From Escherichia coli (GTDB lineage Bacteria; Pseudomonadota; Gammaproteobacteria; Enterobacterales; Enterobacteriaceae): a DNA stretch of 64,000 bases. Under the pieces are notes generated by a model. The model made no database searches, had not been told where the DNA came from, and saw only the letters and a program-made list of their open reading frames with translations. Every line of letters begins with the position of its first letter. Position 1 is the first letter of the stretch. The translations under genes and the position numbers were made by a program. Positions 46,933 through 62,465 of the stretch are shown in pieces. The DNA lies in the NCBI RefSeq assembly GCF_003991155.1, contig NZ_CP031293.1. One strand, 5' to 3'.

Positions 46933-48447
46933 ATGAGTTTTTCCGTTGATGTGCTGGCGAATATCGCCATCGAATTGCAGCGTGGGATTGGTCATCAGGA
47001 TCGTTTTCAGCGCCTGATCACCACGCTGCGTCAGGTGCTGGAGTGTGATGCCTCTGCGTTGCTACGTTACGACTCGCGGCAGTTTATTCCGCTTGCCATC
47101 GACGGGCTGGCGAAGGATGTACTCGGTAGACGCTTTGCGCTGGAAGGGCATCCACGGCTGGAAGCGATTGCCCGCGCCGGGGACGTGGTGCGTTTTCCCG
47201 CAGACAGCGAATTGCCCGATCCCTATGACGGTTTGATTCCCGGGCAGGAGAGTCTGAAGGTTCACGCCTGCGTTGGTCTGCCATTGTTTGCCGGGCAAAA
47301 CCTGATCGGCGCATTGACGCTCGACGGGATGCAGCCCGATCAGTTCGATGTTTTCAGCGACGAAGAGTTACGCCTGATTGCCGCGCTGGCGGCGGGAGCG
47401 TTAAGCAATGCGTTGCTGATTGAGCAACTGGAAAGCCAGAATATGCTGCCGGGCGATGCCGCGCCGTTTGAAGCGGTGAAACAGACGCAGATGATTGGCT
47501 TGTCGCCAGGCATGACGCAATTGAAAAAAGAGATTGAGATTGTGGCGGCGTCCGATCTCAACGTCCTGATCAGCGGTGAGACTGGAACCGGTAAGGAGCT
47601 GGTGGCGAAAGCGATTCATGAAGCCTCGCCACGGGCGGTGAATCCGCTGGTCTATCTCAACTGTGCTGCACTGCCGGAAAGTGTGGCGGAAAGTGAGTTG
47701 TTCGGGCATGTGAAAGGAGCGTTTACTGGTGCTATCAGTAACCGCAGCGGGAAGTTTGAAATGGCGGATAACGGCACACTGTTTCTCGATGAGATCGGCG
47801 AGTTGTCGTTGGCATTGCAGGCCAAGCTGCTGAGGGTGTTGCAGTATGGCGATATTCAGCGCGTTGGCGATGACCGCAGTTTGCGGGTCGATGTGCGCGT
47901 GCTGGCGGCGACTAACCGCGACTTACGCGAAGAGGTGCTGGCAGGGCGATTCCGCGCCGATTTGTTTCATCGCCTGAGCGTGTTTCCACTTTCGGTGCCG
48001 CCGCTGCGTGAGCGGGGCGATGATGTCATTCTGCTGGCGGGGTATTTCTGCGAGCAGTGTCGTTTGCGGCTGGGGCTCTCCCGCGTGGTATTAAGTTCCG
48101 GGGCGCGGAATTTATTGCAACATTATAGTTTCCCGGGGAACGTGCGCGAACTGGAACATGCTATTCATCGGGCGGTAGTGCTGGCGAGAGCAACCCGCAG
48201 CGGCGATGAAGTGATTCTCGAGGCGCAACATTTTGCTTTTCCTGAGGTGACGTTGCCGCCGCGAGAAGCTGCGGCGGTGCCCGTTGTTAAGCAAAATCTG
48301 CGTGAAGCGACAGAAGCGTTCCAGCGTGAAACCATTCGCCAGGCACTGGCACAAAATCATCACAACTGGGCTGCCTGCGCGCGAATGCTGGAAACTGACG
48401 TCGCCAACCTGCATCGGCTGGCGAAACGTCTGGGATTGAAGGATTAA
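46933..48447 (+). CDS. norR: anaerobic nitric oxide reductase transcription regulator (sigma-54 dependent)
   Basis: 504-aa ORF; GAF domain plus AAA+ sigma-54 activator motifs ([14 protein letters not shown]). Confidence 0.95.
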   Translation: MSFSVDVLANIAIELQRGIGHQDRFQRLITTLRQVLECDASALLRYDSRQFIPLAIDGLAKDVLGRRFALEGHPRLEAIARAGDVVRFPADSELPDPYDGLIPGQESLKVHACVGLPLFAGQNLIGALTLDGMQPDQFDVFSDEELRLIAALAAGALSNALLIEQLESQNMLPGDAAPFEAVKQTQMIGLSPGMTQLKKEIEIVAASDLNVLISGETGTGKELVAKAIHEASPRAVNPLVYLNCAALPESVAESELFGHVKGAFTGAISNRSGKFEMADNGTLFLDEIGELSLALQAKLLRVLQYGDIQRVGDDRSLRVDVRVLAATNRDLREEVLAGRFRADLFHRLSVFPLSVPPLRERGDDVILLAGYFCEQCRLRLGLSRVVLSSGARNLLQHYSFPGNVRELEHAIHRAVVLARATRSGDEVILEAQHFAFPEVTLPPREAAAVPVVKQNLREATEAFQRETIRQALAQNHHNWAACARMLETDVANLHRLAKRLGLKD

Positions 48448-49409
48448 ATAATCCCGGCCTGATAGAAATCCTGCAGGTTAATTGCGCCGGTGAGTTTGCC
48501 GTTTTCATCCACCACCGGTGCGGCAGTGATTTTGCGCTTCATCAGGATCTCTTTGGCGTCGATGGCGCGACTTTGTGCCTGTAATGTGGTGCCGCCTGTC
48601 GTCATCGCTTCATTAACTGGCGTGGTGAGTGCGCCGCCGCCAACCAGCCAGCGACGTAAATCGCCGTCGGTAAAGACGCCTTGTACCTGTTGTTGAGCGT
48701 CACATACCGCCACCAGCCCCAGACCAGTGCGGCTGAGTTCCAGCATCGCATCCATCACGCTGGCGGTTAACGCTACCTGCGGGATAGCGTCATCACGGCG
48801 CATCAGATGATGCACTTTATTCAGCAAGCGAGCGCCCAGTGCTCCAGCAGGGTGGGAGCGGGCAAAATCTTCTTCATTAAATCCGCGCGCCTGCATGACC
48901 GCCATCGCCAGCGCGTCACCCATCATCAGGGTATTCACGGTGCTGGAGGTCGGCGCAAGGTGCATCGGACAGGCTTCGCGTTCTACGGAGATATCCAGCA
49001 CCGCTTTCGCCGCCAGGCCCAGCGGTGACGTCGGTTTGCCGGTCATCGCCAGCAGCGCGATAGATTTATCTTCCAGACGCGGAATAATCAGATCCAGTTC
49101 CTTCGCGCCACCGGAGTAAGAGATAAACAGCATCACATCGCGGCTTTCGATCATCCCCAGGTCGCCGTGCAATGCCTCTGCCGGATGGACAAAAAAGGCA
49201 GGAGTGCCGGTGCTGGCAAGCGTTGCGGCGATTTTCTTACCAATGTGGCCCGATTTGCCAATTCCCGAAACCACCACTTTGCCTTCGCAGTGCAGGATGA
49301 TATTGGCGGCGCGAACAAAATCATCGCCCAGACGTTCCGGTAAATGGCTTGCTTCCTGCAACTCCAGCATTAACGTCTGACGTCCCGCGTTCAGTAGTGC
49401 TTCACTCAT
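48444..49409 (-). CDS. gutQ: D-arabinose 5-phosphate isomerase
   Basis: 321-aa ORF with SIS and tandem CBS domains. Confidence 0.9.
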
Positions 49410-50175
49410 TGCTCTCTCCGGTTATGATCACGTCGATCCCTTTTTCTTCCAGCGCCTGACGAAACGCTGGATCGATACCTGCGTCGGTAATCAGCTTATC
49501 GACGCTTTCAAGACTACAAACCACGTTGGGGCTTTTACGACCAAACTTCGATGAGTCAGCCATCAAAATCACTTCGCGCGCGGCATTACACATCGCCTTA
49601 CTGACGGTATAGACCTCGTTGAAGGTGGTTACGCCCGCATTGAGATCGATGCCGTCAGTGCCCATGAACAATTTGTCGAAGGTGAAATGCTCGAAGGCAT
49701 TCTCTGCCAGTTGCCCGTGAAATGAGGCCGATTTTTTGCGAAATGTTCCGCCTGGCATCAGGATAGTTTGTTCGTTATCCAGTTCGGATAGCGCATTGAC
49801 GATATGCAGGCTGTTGGTCATCACTGTGATGTTATTAAAGCGCGAGAGCAGGGGAACCATCTGCAAAACGGTACTGCCAGCATCAAGAATGATCGAATCG
49901 CCATCATGGATAAAACTAACGGCAGCTTCTGCAATCAGCTCTTTCTTGTGGGTGTTGATGAGTGTTTTATGATCGATAGGCGGATCGGATTCCTCTTTAT
50001 TCAACACCACTCCGCCATAAGTACGAATGACGGTTCCGGCATGTTCCAGAATGACCAGATCTTTGCGAATGGTTGTGCCTGTGGTGTCAAAGTATTGCGC
50101 CAATTCTTCAACCGAGCATTTACCCTGCTTTTGCAGATACTCCAGAATGGCGGCCTGACGCTGACGAGGTTTCAT
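49402..50175 (-). CDS. srlR: DeoR-family glucitol operon repressor
   Basis: 257-aa ORF with DeoR HTH. Confidence 0.9.
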
Positions 50176-50241
50176 GGGCGTGATTACCTGATTTAGGTTT
50201 CAAAATGATAACTTCGCAAGCAAGTAACATTCACAACGAAA

Positions 50242-50601
50242 TTATCCACGTTTCAGTTTAAGCGCCAATGATAGAGCATTCTGTGATAGTGGATCATGGG
50301 GAAAGATCACATCGGGCTGTAAATCACCCGCATGCATACCGGTAATTGCGGGAATTTTTTGCGGTCGGGCGAAGACGGTCAGTCCTTTCATAAACAAGGT
50401 GTCGACGATGCGTTGCTGATCGTCCAGCGCGATGGCGACCACGACCCGCGGTTTAAAGCGCCCGCTGGAACGGCCCACGCCAACCCGCCCTTGCTGGCAT
50501 AGCGTGTCGAAGGCACGGTTAAAACGAGAAATTTGCCAACCGCCTAAGGCCAGTTGCGCACACCAGGCGATAACGGCGACGGTGATGAGTGCGGATACCA
50601 T
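50242..50601 (-). CDS. gutM: glucitol operon activator
   Basis: 119-aa ORF in conserved position between srlD and srlR. Confidence 0.85.
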   Translation of the reverse strand: MVSALITVAVIAWCAQLALGGWQISRFNRAFDTLCQQGRVGVGRSSGRFKPRVVVAIALDDQQRIVDTLFMKGLTVFARPQKIPAITGMHAGDLQPDVIFPHDPLSQNALSLALKLKRG

Positions 50602-50637
50602 AACTTCTCCGTAATGTAGTGGCGGAAGTCCTGTAGA

Positions 50638-50660
50638 CCTGATAAGCGTAGCGCATCAGG
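50638..50660. repeat. REP element in srlD-gutM spacer
   Basis: cctgataagcgtagcgcatcagg palindrome, followed by a gcggagatc...gatctccgc hairpin at 50677-50700. Confidence 0.6.
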
Positions 50661-50706
50661 CATTCTATTAGTCGCGCGGAGATCCTTAAAAGATCTCCGC
50701 TGTTGA

Positions 50707-51861
<1,155 letters not shown>

Positions 51862-51871
51862 GTTTCAGCCT

Positions 51872-53409
<1,538 letters not shown>

Positions 53410-53646
53410 TTATTGTTTTATTACCAAACGGCAATCTAATCTAATCAGATTGAAAGATTTAAAAGTGTTATTTTGATCGCAAAATGAAAGATAAATATTT
53501 TAATTTGAAAGTTTGAATAAAAGGATAGCGAGGAGAATGAGTTGAGTTATGTAAAGTCCGTATCGGGCAGTGACTACCGCTTCCTTGTGCGGGGCGTGAT
53601 GCTTTACCATACTTGCCCCTGGTTGAATCTGTTAAATGGACCCCTC

Positions 53647-54732
53647 ATGTTCAAGCGTCGTTATGTAACATTGCTTCCCCTTTTTGTGTTGCTTGCCGCC
53701 TGTAGCAGCAAGCCAAAACCTACTGAGACTGAAACGACCACCGGAACGCCGTCTGGCGGCTTCCTGCTTGAGCCGCAGCACAATGTGATGCAGATGGGCG
53801 GTGACTTCGCCAATAACCCGAATGCCCAGCAGTTCATCGACAAAATGGTGAACAAACACGGTTTCGATCGTCAGCAGTTGCAGGAAATTCTCTCCCAGGC
53901 GAAACGTCTGGATTCGGTACTGCGGCTGATGGATAACCAGGCACCAACCACATCGGTGAAACCGCCATCAGGTCCGAACGGCGCATGGCTGCGTTATCGC
54001 AAAAAATTTATTACGCCGGACAACGTGCAGAATGGTGTGGTTTTCTGGAATCAGTATGAAGATGCGTTGAATCGCGCGTGGCAGGTGTATGGCGTACCGC
54101 CGGAAATTATCGTCGGGATTATCGGCGTTGAAACCCGCTGGGGGCGCGTGATGGGGAAAACCCGTATCCTCGATGCGCTGGCAACGCTGTCATTTAACTA
54201 CCCACGCCGCGCGGAGTATTTCTCTGGCGAGCTGGAAACTTTCCTGCTGATGGCGCGCGATGAGCAGGACGATCCGCTCAATCTGAAAGGTTCCTTTGCC
54301 GGGGCGATGGGCTACGGACAGTTTATGCCGTCGTCTTACAAACAATATGCGGTAGATTTCAGCGGCGACGGGCATATCAACCTGTGGGATCCGGTTGATG
54401 CCATTGGTAGTGTGGCGAACTATTTCAAAGCGCACGGCTGGGTGAAAGGCGATCAGGTCGCGGTAATGGCAAACGGTCAGGCTCCAGGCTTGCCAAATGG
54501 CTTCAAAACCAAGTACAGCATTTCGCAGCTTGCCGCGGCAGGTTTAACGCCACAGCAGCCGCTGGGCAACCATCAACAAGCCAGCCTGCTGCGTCTGGAT
54601 GTTGGAACAGGTTACCAGTACTGGTACGGTCTGCCGAACTTCTACACCATTACCCGTTATAACCACAGCACCCATTACGCAATGGCGGTCTGGCAGTTAG
54701 GACAAGCCGTGGCGCTGGCGCGCGTGCAGTAA
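53647..54732 (+). CDS. mltB: membrane-bound lytic murein transglycosylase B
   Basis: 361 aa from MFKRRYVTLLPLFVLLAACSS (lipobox); ORF-track start at 53542 rejected. Confidence 0.9.
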   Translation: MFKRRYVTLLPLFVLLAACSSKPKPTETETTTGTPSGGFLLEPQHNVMQMGGDFANNPNAQQFIDKMVNKHGFDRQQLQEILSQAKRLDSVLRLMDNQAPTTSVKPPSGPNGAWLRYRKKFITPDNVQNGVVFWNQYEDALNRAWQVYGVPPEIIVGIIGVETRWGRVMGKTRILDALATLSFNYPRRAEYFSGELETFLLMARDEQDDPLNLKGSFAGAMGYGQFMPSSYKQYAVDFSGDGHINLWDPVDAIGSVANYFKAHGWVKGDQVAVMANGQAPGLPNGFKTKYSISQLAAAGLTPQQPLGNHQQASLLRLDVGTGYQYWYGLPNFYTITRYNHSTHYAMAVWQLGQAVALARVQ

Positions 54733-54876
54733 CTATTTGCAAGAGGGGAGCGTGAGCTTCCCTCTGGCTAATCAGCTTTTTTCTGAATCCTCCTCGTAAA
54801 ATTGCAACGCCAACACCATCTTCCTGACGAAAGTGCTATCTTGTCCGGCATAAATTTTTGACTGACAGAGGTTGTG

Positions 54877-55374
54877 ATGACTGACAGTGAACTGATGCAG
54901 TTAAGCGAACAGGTTGGGCAGGCGCTGAAAGCCCGTGGCGCAACCGTAACAACTGCTGAGTCTTGTACCGGCGGTTGGGTAGCGAAAGTGATTACCGATA
55001 TTGCCGGCAGTTCCGCCTGGTTTGAACGCGGATTTGTCACCTACAGTAACGAAGCAAAAGCGCAAATGATCGGTGTACGCGAAGAGACGCTGGCGCAGCA
55101 TGGTGCGGTGAGCGAACCTGTCGTGGTGGAAATGGCGATAGGCGCACTGAAAGCGGCTCGTGCTGATTACGCCGTGTCTATTAGTGGTATCGCCGGGCCG
55201 GATGGCGGCAGTGAAGAGAAGCCTGTCGGCACCGTCTGGTTTGCTTTTGCCACCGCCCGCGGCGAAGGTATTACCCGCCGGGAATGCTTCAGCGGTGACC
55301 GTGATGCGGTGCGTCGTCAGGCTACTGCGTATGCATTGCAGACCTTGTGGCAACAATTTCTACAAAACACTTGA
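54877..55374 (+). CDS. pncC: NMN amidohydrolase (CinA-like C-terminal domain)
   Basis: 165 aa from MTDSELMQLSEQ. Confidence 0.88.
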   Translation: MTDSELMQLSEQVGQALKARGATVTTAESCTGGWVAKVITDIAGSSAWFERGFVTYSNEAKAQMIGVREETLAQHGAVSEPVVVEMAIGALKAARADYAVSISGIAGPDGGSEEKPVGTVWFAFATARGEGITRRECFSGDRDAVRRQATAYALQTLWQQFLQNT

Positions 55375-55375
55375 T

Positions 55376-56515
<1,140 letters not shown>

Positions 56516-56534
56516 TCGTCTTGTTTGATACACA

Positions 56535-56570
56535 AGGGTCGCATCTGCGGCCCTTTTGCTTTTTTAAGTT
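56535..56570 (+). terminator. recA-recX intergenic hairpin with T-tract
   Basis: gggtcgcatctgcggccc followed by ttttgctttttt. Confidence 0.6.
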
Positions 56571-56583
56571 GTAAGGATATGCC

Positions 56584-57084
56584 ATGACAGAATCAACATC
56601 CCGTCGCCCGGCATATGCTCGCCTGTTGGATCGTGCGGTACGCATTCTGGCGGTGCGCGATCACAGTGAGCAAGAACTGCGACGTAAACTCGCGGCACCG
56701 ATTATGGGCAAAAATGGCCCGGAAGAGATTGATGCCACGGCAGAAGATTACGAGCGTGTTATTGCCTGGTGCCATGAACATGGCTATCTCGATGACAGCC
56801 GATTTGTTGCGCGCTTTATCGCCAGCCGTAGCCGCAAAGGTTATGGACCTGCGCGTATTCGTCAGGAACTGAATCAGAAAGGTATTTCCCGCGAAGCGAC
56901 AGAAAAAGCGATGCGTGAATGTGACATCGACTGGTGCGCACTGGCGCGCGATCAGGCGACGCGAAAATATGGCGAACCTTTGCCAACTGTCTTTTCAGAA
57001 AAAGTTAAGATCCAGCGTTTTCTGCTCTATCGTGGCTATCTGATGGAAGATATCCAGGATATTTGGCGAAATTTTGCCGACTGA
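56584..57084 (+). CDS. recX: RecA regulator RecX
   Basis: 166-aa ORF directly downstream of recA. Confidence 0.92.
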   Translation: MTESTSRRPAYARLLDRAVRILAVRDHSEQELRRKLAAPIMGKNGPEEIDATAEDYERVIAWCHEHGYLDDSRFVARFIASRSRKGYGPARIRQELNQKGISREATEKAMRECDIDWCALARDQATRKYGEPLPTVFSEKVKIQRFLLYRGYLMEDIQDIWRNFAD

Positions 57085-57212
57085 ACGCATACGGGATTTT
57101 ACTTCCCAGTCAAGAAAACTTATCTTATTCCCACTTTTCAGTTACCAGCCGGGCGGTTAACGACACGCAACGGCTGGTAGCGATATTTCGTTAGCTTGAT
57201 TTCAGGATAATT

Positions 57213-59843
57213 ATGAGCAAGAGCACCGCTGAGATCCGTCAGGCGTTTCTCGACTTTTTCCATAGTAAGGGACATCAGGTAGTTGCCAGCAGCTCCCTGG
57301 TACCCCATAACGACCCAACTTTGTTGTTTACCAACGCCGGGATGAACCAGTTCAAGGATGTGTTCCTTGGGCTCGACAAGCGTAATTATTCCCGCGCTAC
57401 CACTTCCCAACGCTGCGTGCGTGCGGGTGGTAAACACAACGACCTGGAAAACGTCGGTTACACCGCGCGTCACCATACCTTCTTCGAAATGCTGGGCAAC
57501 TTCAGCTTCGGCGACTATTTCAAACACGATGCCATTCAGTTTGCATGGGAACTGCTGACCAGTGAAAAATGGTTTGCCCTGCCGAAAGAGCGTCTGTGGG
57601 TTACCGTCTATGAAAGCGACGACGAAGCCTACGAAATCTGGGAAAAAGAAGTAGGGATCCCGCGCGAACGTATTATTCGCATCGGCGATAACAAAGGTGC
57701 GCCATACGCATCTGACAACTTCTGGCAGATGGGTGACACTGGTCCGTGCGGCCCGTGCACCGAAATCTTCTACGATCACGGCGACCACATTTGGGGTGGC
57801 CCTCCGGGAAGTCCGGAAGAAGACGGCGACCGCTACATTGAGATCTGGAACATCGTCTTCATGCAGTTCAACCGCCAGGCCGATGGCACGATGGAACCGC
57901 TGCCGAAGCCGTCTGTAGATACCGGTATGGGTCTGGAGCGTATTGCTGCGGTGCTGCAACACGTTAACTCTAACTATGACATCGACCTGTTCCGCACGTT
58001 GATCCAGGCGGTAGCGAAAGTCACTGGCGCGACCGATCTGAGCAATAAATCGCTGCGCGTAATCGCAGACCACATTCGTTCTTGTGCGTTCCTGATCGCG
58101 GATGGCGTAATGCCGTCCAATGAAAACCGTGGTTATGTACTGCGTCGTATCATTCGTCGCGCAGTGCGTCACGGTAATATGCTCGGCGCGAAAGAAACCT
58201 TCTTCTACAAACTGGTTGGTCCGCTGATCGACGTTATGGGCTCTGCGGGTGAAGACCTGAAACGCCAGCAGGCGCAGGTTGAGCAGGTGCTGAAGACTGA
58301 AGAAGAGCAGTTTGCCCGTACTCTGGAGCGCGGTCTGGCGCTGCTGGACGAAGAGCTGGCAAAACTTTCTGGTGATACGCTGGATGGTGAAACTGCTTTC
58401 CGTCTGTACGACACCTATGGCTTCCCGGTTGACCTGACGGCTGATGTTTGTCGTGAGCGCAACATCAAAGTTGACGAAGCTGGATTTGAAGCAGCAATGG
58501 AAGAGCAGCGTCGTCGTGCGCGCGAAGCCAGCGGCTTTGGTGCCGATTACAACGCAATGATCCGTGTTGACAGTGCATCTGAATTTAAAGGCTATGACCA
58601 TCTGGAACTGAACGGCAAAGTGACCGCGCTGTTTGTTGATGGTAAAGCGGTTGATGCCATCAATGCAGGCCAGGAAGCTGTGGTCGTGCTGGATCAAACG
58701 CCATTCTATGCGGAATCCGGCGGTCAGGTTGGTGATAAAGGCGAACTGAAAGGCGCTAACTTCTCCTTTGCGGTGGAAGATACGCAGAAATACGGCCAGG
58801 CGATTGGTCACATCGGTAAACTTGCTGCGGGTTCTCTGAAAGTGGGCGACGCGGTGCAGGCTGATGTTGATGAAGCTCGTCGCGCCCGTATTCGTCTGAA
58901 TCACTCCGCAACGCACCTGATGCACGCGGCGCTGCGCCAGGTTCTGGGTACTCATGTATCGCAGAAAGGTTCACTGGTTAACGACAAAGTGCTGCGCTTC
59001 GACTTCTCACACAACGAAGCGATGAAACCGGAAGAGATTCGTGCGGTCGAAGACCTGGTGAACGCACAGATTCGCCGTAACTTGCCGATCGAAACCAACA
59101 TCATGGATCTCGAAGCGGCGAAAGCGAAAGGTGCGATGGCGCTGTTCGGCGAGAAGTATGATGAGCGCGTACGCGTGCTGAGCATGGGCGATTTCTCCAC
59201 CGAGTTGTGTGGCGGTACTCACGCCAGCCGCACTGGTGATATTGGTCTGTTCCGCATCATCTCTGAATCGGGTACTGCTGCAGGCGTTCGTCGTATCGAA
59301 GCGGTAACCGGAGAAGGCGCTATCGCCACCGTTCATGCAGACAGTGATCGCTTAAGCGAAGTCGCGCATCTGCTGAAAGGCGATAGCAATAATCTGGCTG
59401 ATAAAGTGCGTTCAGTACTGGAACGTACGCGTCAGTTGGAAAAAGAGTTACAACAGCTTAAAGAACAAGCTGCCGCACAGGAGAGCGCAAATCTTTCCAG
59501 TAAGGCAATTGATGTTAATGGTGTTAAGCTGTTGGTTAGCGAGCTTAGCGGTGTTGAGCCGAAAATGTTGCGTACCATGGTTGACGATTTAAAAAATCAG
59601 CTGGGGTCGACAATTATCGTGCTGGCAACGGTAGTCGAAGGTAAGGTTTCTCTGATTGCAGGCGTATCTAAGGACGTCACAGATCGTGTGAAAGCAGGGG
59701 AGCTGATTGGTATGGTCGCTCAGCAGGTGGGCGGCAAGGGTGGTGGACGTCCTGACATGGCGCAAGCCGGTGGTACGGATGCTGCGGCCTTACCTGCAGC
59801 GTTAGCCAGTGTGAAAGGCTGGGTCAGCGCGAAATTGCAATAA
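57213..59843 (+). CDS. alaS: alanine--tRNA ligase
   Basis: 876-aa ORF; recognised AlaRS sequence. Confidence 0.98.
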   Translation: MSKSTAEIRQAFLDFFHSKGHQVVASSSLVPHNDPTLLFTNAGMNQFKDVFLGLDKRNYSRATTSQRCVRAGGKHNDLENVGYTARHHTFFEMLGNFSFGDYFKHDAIQFAWELLTSEKWFALPKERLWVTVYESDDEAYEIWEKEVGIPRERIIRIGDNKGAPYASDNFWQMGDTGPCGPCTEIFYDHGDHIWGGPPGSPEEDGDRYIEIWNIVFMQFNRQADGTMEPLPKPSVDTGMGLERIAAVLQHVNSNYDIDLFRTLIQAVAKVTGATDLSNKSLRVIADHIRSCAFLIADGVMPSNENRGYVLRRIIRRAVRHGNMLGAKETFFYKLVGPLIDVMGSAGEDLKRQQAQVEQVLKTEEEQFARTLERGLALLDEELAKLSGDTLDGETAFRLYDTYGFPVDLTADVCRERNIKVDEAGFEAAMEEQRRRAREASGFGADYNAMIRVDSASEFKGYDHLELNGKVTALFVDGKAVDAINAGQEAVVVLDQTPFYAESGGQVGDKGELKGANFSFAVEDTQKYGQAIGHIGKLAAGSLKVGDAVQADVDEARRARIRLNHSATHLMHAALRQVLGTHVSQKGSLVNDKVLRFDFSHNEAMKPEEIRAVEDLVNAQIRRNLPIETNIMDLEAAKAKGAMALFGEKYDERVRVLSMGDFSTELCGGTHASRTGDIGLFRIISESGTAAGVRRIEAVTGEGAIATVHADSDRLSEVAHLLKGDSNNLADKVRSVLERTRQLEKELQQLKEQAAAQESANLSSKAIDVNGVKLLVSELSGVEPKMLRTMVDDLKNQLGSTIIVLATVVEGKVSLIAGVSKDVTDRVKAGELIGMVAQQVGGKGGGRPDMAQAGGTDAAALPAALASVKGWVSAKLQ

Positions 59844-60077
59844 TATAAGCGTCAGGCAATGCCGTGGACTCGCTTCACGGCATTCGCATTAACGCTATCG
59901 ACAACGATAAAGTCAGGTTGAAGTTGTGTATATCGGCTAAACTTAGGTTTAACAGAATGTAATGCCATGACTGCTTAGATGTAATGTGTTTGTCATTGCT
60001 TACTTTTTGGCGTTATATGATGGATAATGCCGGGATACAGAGAGACCCGACTCTTTTAATCTTTCAAGGAGCAAAGA

Positions 60078-60263
60078 ATGCTGATTCTGACTCGTCGAGT
60101 TGGTGAGACCCTCATGATTGGGGATGAGGTCACCGTGACAGTTTTAGGGGTAAAGGGCAACCAGGTACGTATTGGCGTAAATGCCCCGAAGGAAGTTTCT
60201 GTTCACCGTGAAGAGATCTACCAGCGTATCCAGGCTGAAAAATCCCAGCAGTCCAGTTACTAA
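60078..60263 (+). CDS. csrA: carbon storage regulator CsrA
   Basis: 61-aa [51 protein letters not shown]. Confidence 0.98.
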
Positions 60264-60270
60264 TCTTTCC

Positions 60271-60296
60271 GCGTCTCATCTTTATCGGTGAGACGC
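60271..60296 (+). terminator. hairpin after csrA
   Basis: gcgtctcatc-tttatc-ggtgagacgc. Confidence 0.5.
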
Positions 60297-60488
60297 ACCC
60301 TCAAAATTTCTCTTTCACTCCATTGTCTTTTCGCTTTACTCCCGTTCATTCAACTTAAGTCTCCATTTTTTTGCATTACTGCTATCTGTCAGACCTCCGT
60401 TTTTCTGTTGATAAAACACTCTTTTTGACGTTTTTACAGACTAATTGAGCGTGAAGTGTGCAAACGATAAAAGTGTGGGAAAAATTGT

Positions 60489-60516
60489 TTGACTTATAAG
60501 TCTCAGAAAGTAATAT
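60489..60516 (+). promoter_or_regulatory. putative sigma-70 promoter of serV-argVYZQ tRNA operon
   Basis: TTGACT, 16-bp spacer, TAATAT, then GC-rich discriminator gtgcgcc. Confidence 0.5.
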
Positions 60517-60578
60517 GTGCGCCACGCAGCGACGATGAGCGATAAACAAGTTCTTCGAAGCACTCGTAAGAGGCGTGT

Positions 60579-60671
60579 GGTGAGGTGGCCGAGAGGCTGA
60601 AGGCGCTCCCCTGCTAAGGGAGTATGCGGTCAAAAGCTGCATCCGGGGTTCGAATCCCCGCCTCACCGCCA
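60579..60671 (+). tRNA. serV: tRNA-Ser (anticodon GCU)
   Basis: 93-nt cloverleaf with long variable arm; GGTGAGG...CCTCACCGCCA; anticodon loop CTGCTAA. Confidence 0.93.
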
Positions 60672-60674
60672 TTT

Positions 60675-60751
60675 GCATCCGTAGCTCAGCTGGATAGAGT
60701 ACTCGGCTACGAACCGAGCGGTCGGAGGTTCGAATCCTCCCGGATGCACCA
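60675..60751 (+). tRNA. argV: tRNA-Arg (anticodon ACG), copy 1
   Basis: 77-nt GCATCCGTAGCTCAGCTGGATAGAG...CGGATGCACCA; anticodon loop CTACGAA; copy-to-gene-name assignment is tentative. Confidence 0.93.
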
Positions 60752-60815
60752 TCTCTTACTTGATACGGCTTTAGTGGCGGTATCAAAAAATCTGCAGTAA
60801 AGTAAGTTTCCCGAT

Positions 60816-60892
60816 GCATCCGTAGCTCAGCTGGATAGAGTACTCGGCTACGAACCGAGCGGTCGGAGGTTCGAATCCTCCCGGATGCACCA
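60816..60892 (+). tRNA. argY: tRNA-Arg (anticodon ACG), copy 2
   Basis: Identical 77-nt sequence; name assignment tentative. Confidence 0.93.
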
Positions 60893-60954
60893 TCTCTTAC
60901 TTGATATGGCTTTAGTAGCGGTATCAATATCAGCAGTAAAATAAATTTCCCGAT

Positions 60955-61031
60955 GCATCCGTAGCTCAGCTGGATAGAGTACTCGGCTACGAACCGAGCG
61001 GTCGGAGGTTCGAATCCTCCCGGATGCACCA
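60955..61031 (+). tRNA. argZ: tRNA-Arg (anticodon ACG), copy 3
   Basis: Identical 77-nt sequence; name assignment tentative. Confidence 0.93.
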
Positions 61032-61093
61032 TCTCTTACTTGATATGGCTTTAGTAGCGGTATCAATATCAGCAGTAAAATAAATTTCCCGAT

Positions 61094-61170
61094 GCATCCG
61101 TAGCTCAGCTGGATAGAGTACTCGGCTACGAACCGAGCGGTCGGAGGTTCGAATCCTCCCGGATGCACCA
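61094..61170 (+). tRNA. argQ: tRNA-Arg (anticodon ACG), copy 4
   Basis: Identical 77-nt sequence; name assignment tentative. Confidence 0.93.
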
Positions 61171-61263
61171 TATTCTCCGTAACCTTCAGCAATGAAGGTA
61201 TCGAAGAGGTAGCGATATTAACCGCACGCCAGCAGCGGCCCGAAGGGCGAACGCCAGTGAGTC

Positions 61264-61281
61264 ATCCTCCCGGATGCACCA
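61264..61281 (+). other. 18-nt duplicate of tRNA-Arg 3' end (tRNA remnant)
   Basis: atcctcccggatgcacca exactly matches the 3' end of the tRNA-Arg genes; flanking tatt also shared. Confidence 0.6.
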
Positions 61282-61428
61282 TATTATCCAAAAAATTTCC
61301 TTCAAAAATATCTCATTTCTAAATAACTACTTTATCCATTTCCTGAATTTTCTTCTCCTTCGCCATCAGCGACAAAATCAAGCAATTACGCTAAAGTAGC
61401 GTCATATTTTTCGACTTGCGAGAAGACC

Positions 61429-61995
61429 ATGTACGAGCGTTATGCAGGTTTAATTTTTGATATGGATGGCACCATCCTGGATACCGAGCCTACGCACCGT
61501 AAAGCGTGGCGCGAAGTATTAGGGCACTACGGTCTTCAGTACGATGTTCAGGCGATGATTGCGCTTAATGGCTCGCCCACCTGGCGTATTGCTCAGGCAA
61601 TTATTGAGCTGAATCAGGCCGATCTCGACCCGCATGCGTTAGCGCGTGAAAAAACAGAAGCAGTAAGAAGTATGCTGCTGGATAGTGTCGAGCCGCTTCC
61701 TCTTGTTGAAGTGGTGAAAAGTTGGCATGGTCGTCGCCCAATGGCTGTAGGAACGGGGAGTGAAAGCGCCATCGCTGAGGCATTGCTGGCGCACCTGGGA
61801 TTACGCCGTTATTTTGACGCCGTCGTCGCTGCCGATCACGTCAAACACCATAAACCCGCGCCAGACACATTTTTGTTGTGCGCGCAGCGTATGGGCGTGC
61901 AACCGACACAGTGTGTGGTCTTTGAAGATGCCGATTTCGGTATTCAGGCGGCCCGTGCAGCAGGCATGGACGCTGTGGATGTTCGCTTGCTGTGA
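61429..61995 (+). CDS. yqaB: HAD-family sugar phosphatase (fructose-1-phosphate phosphatase)
   Basis: 188-aa ORF with HAD motif FDMDGT. Confidence 0.88.
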   Translation: MYERYAGLIFDMDGTILDTEPTHRKAWREVLGHYGLQYDVQAMIALNGSPTWRIAQAIIELNQADLDPHALAREKTEAVRSMLLDSVEPLPLVEVVKSWHGRRPMAVGTGSESAIAEALLAHLGLRRYFDAVVAADHVKHHKPAPDTFLLCAQRMGVQPTQCVVFEDADFGIQAARAAGMDAVDVRLL

Positions 61996-62420
61996 GTGAA
62001 GCGTTATCGCTTTTCTCGTTGTTTGCCAGTAGTTTTCTCAGCGCTACACTATTACCCGGCAACTCCGAAGTCGTGCTGGTGGCAATGTTGCTTTCCGGGA
62101 TCAGTCATCCCTGGGTTTTAGTTTTAACAGCAACAATGGGTAATAGCCTTGGAGGGTTAACTAACGTTATCCTTGGGCGTTTCTTTCCATTGCGTAAAAC
62201 ATCGCGCTGGCAAGAGAAAGCTACCGGCTGGCTGAAACGCTATGGTGCAGTCACGCTATTATTAAGCTGGATGCCCGTGGTTGGCGATTTACTGTGTCTG
62301 TTAGCGGGATGGATGCGCATCTCGTGGGGACCGGTAATCTTTTTTTTGTGCCTTGGTAAAGCGTTACGCTATGTTGCAGTTGCAGCAGCTACCGTTCAGG
62401 GCATGATGTGGTGGCACTAA
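61992..62420 (+). CDS. yqaA: DedA-like inner membrane protein YqaA
   Basis: 142-aa membrane ORF overlapping yqaB stop. Confidence 0.85.
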   Translation: MSEALSLFSLFASSFLSATLLPGNSEVVLVAMLLSGISHPWVLVLTATMGNSLGGLTNVILGRFFPLRKTSRWQEKATGWLKRYGAVTLLLSWMPVVGDLLCLLAGWMRISWGPVIFFLCLGKALRYVAVAAATVQGMMWWH

Positions 62421-62465
62421 TTGTAGGCCTGCACATATGGTCACCATTACAGTTATGCTAATTAA

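Noticed and set aside
57138-58955. 605-aa ORF on the minus strand
   Set aside because: Lies entirely antisense to alaS; a shadow ORF caused by codon bias of a long, highly expressed gene, with no independent start context or recognisable protein features
60382-61192. Two minus-strand ORFs (216 and 114 aa) with internally repeated peptide sequence
   Set aside because: They translate the antisense of the serV-tRNA-Arg array; the repeated peptide is just the repeated tRNA sequence
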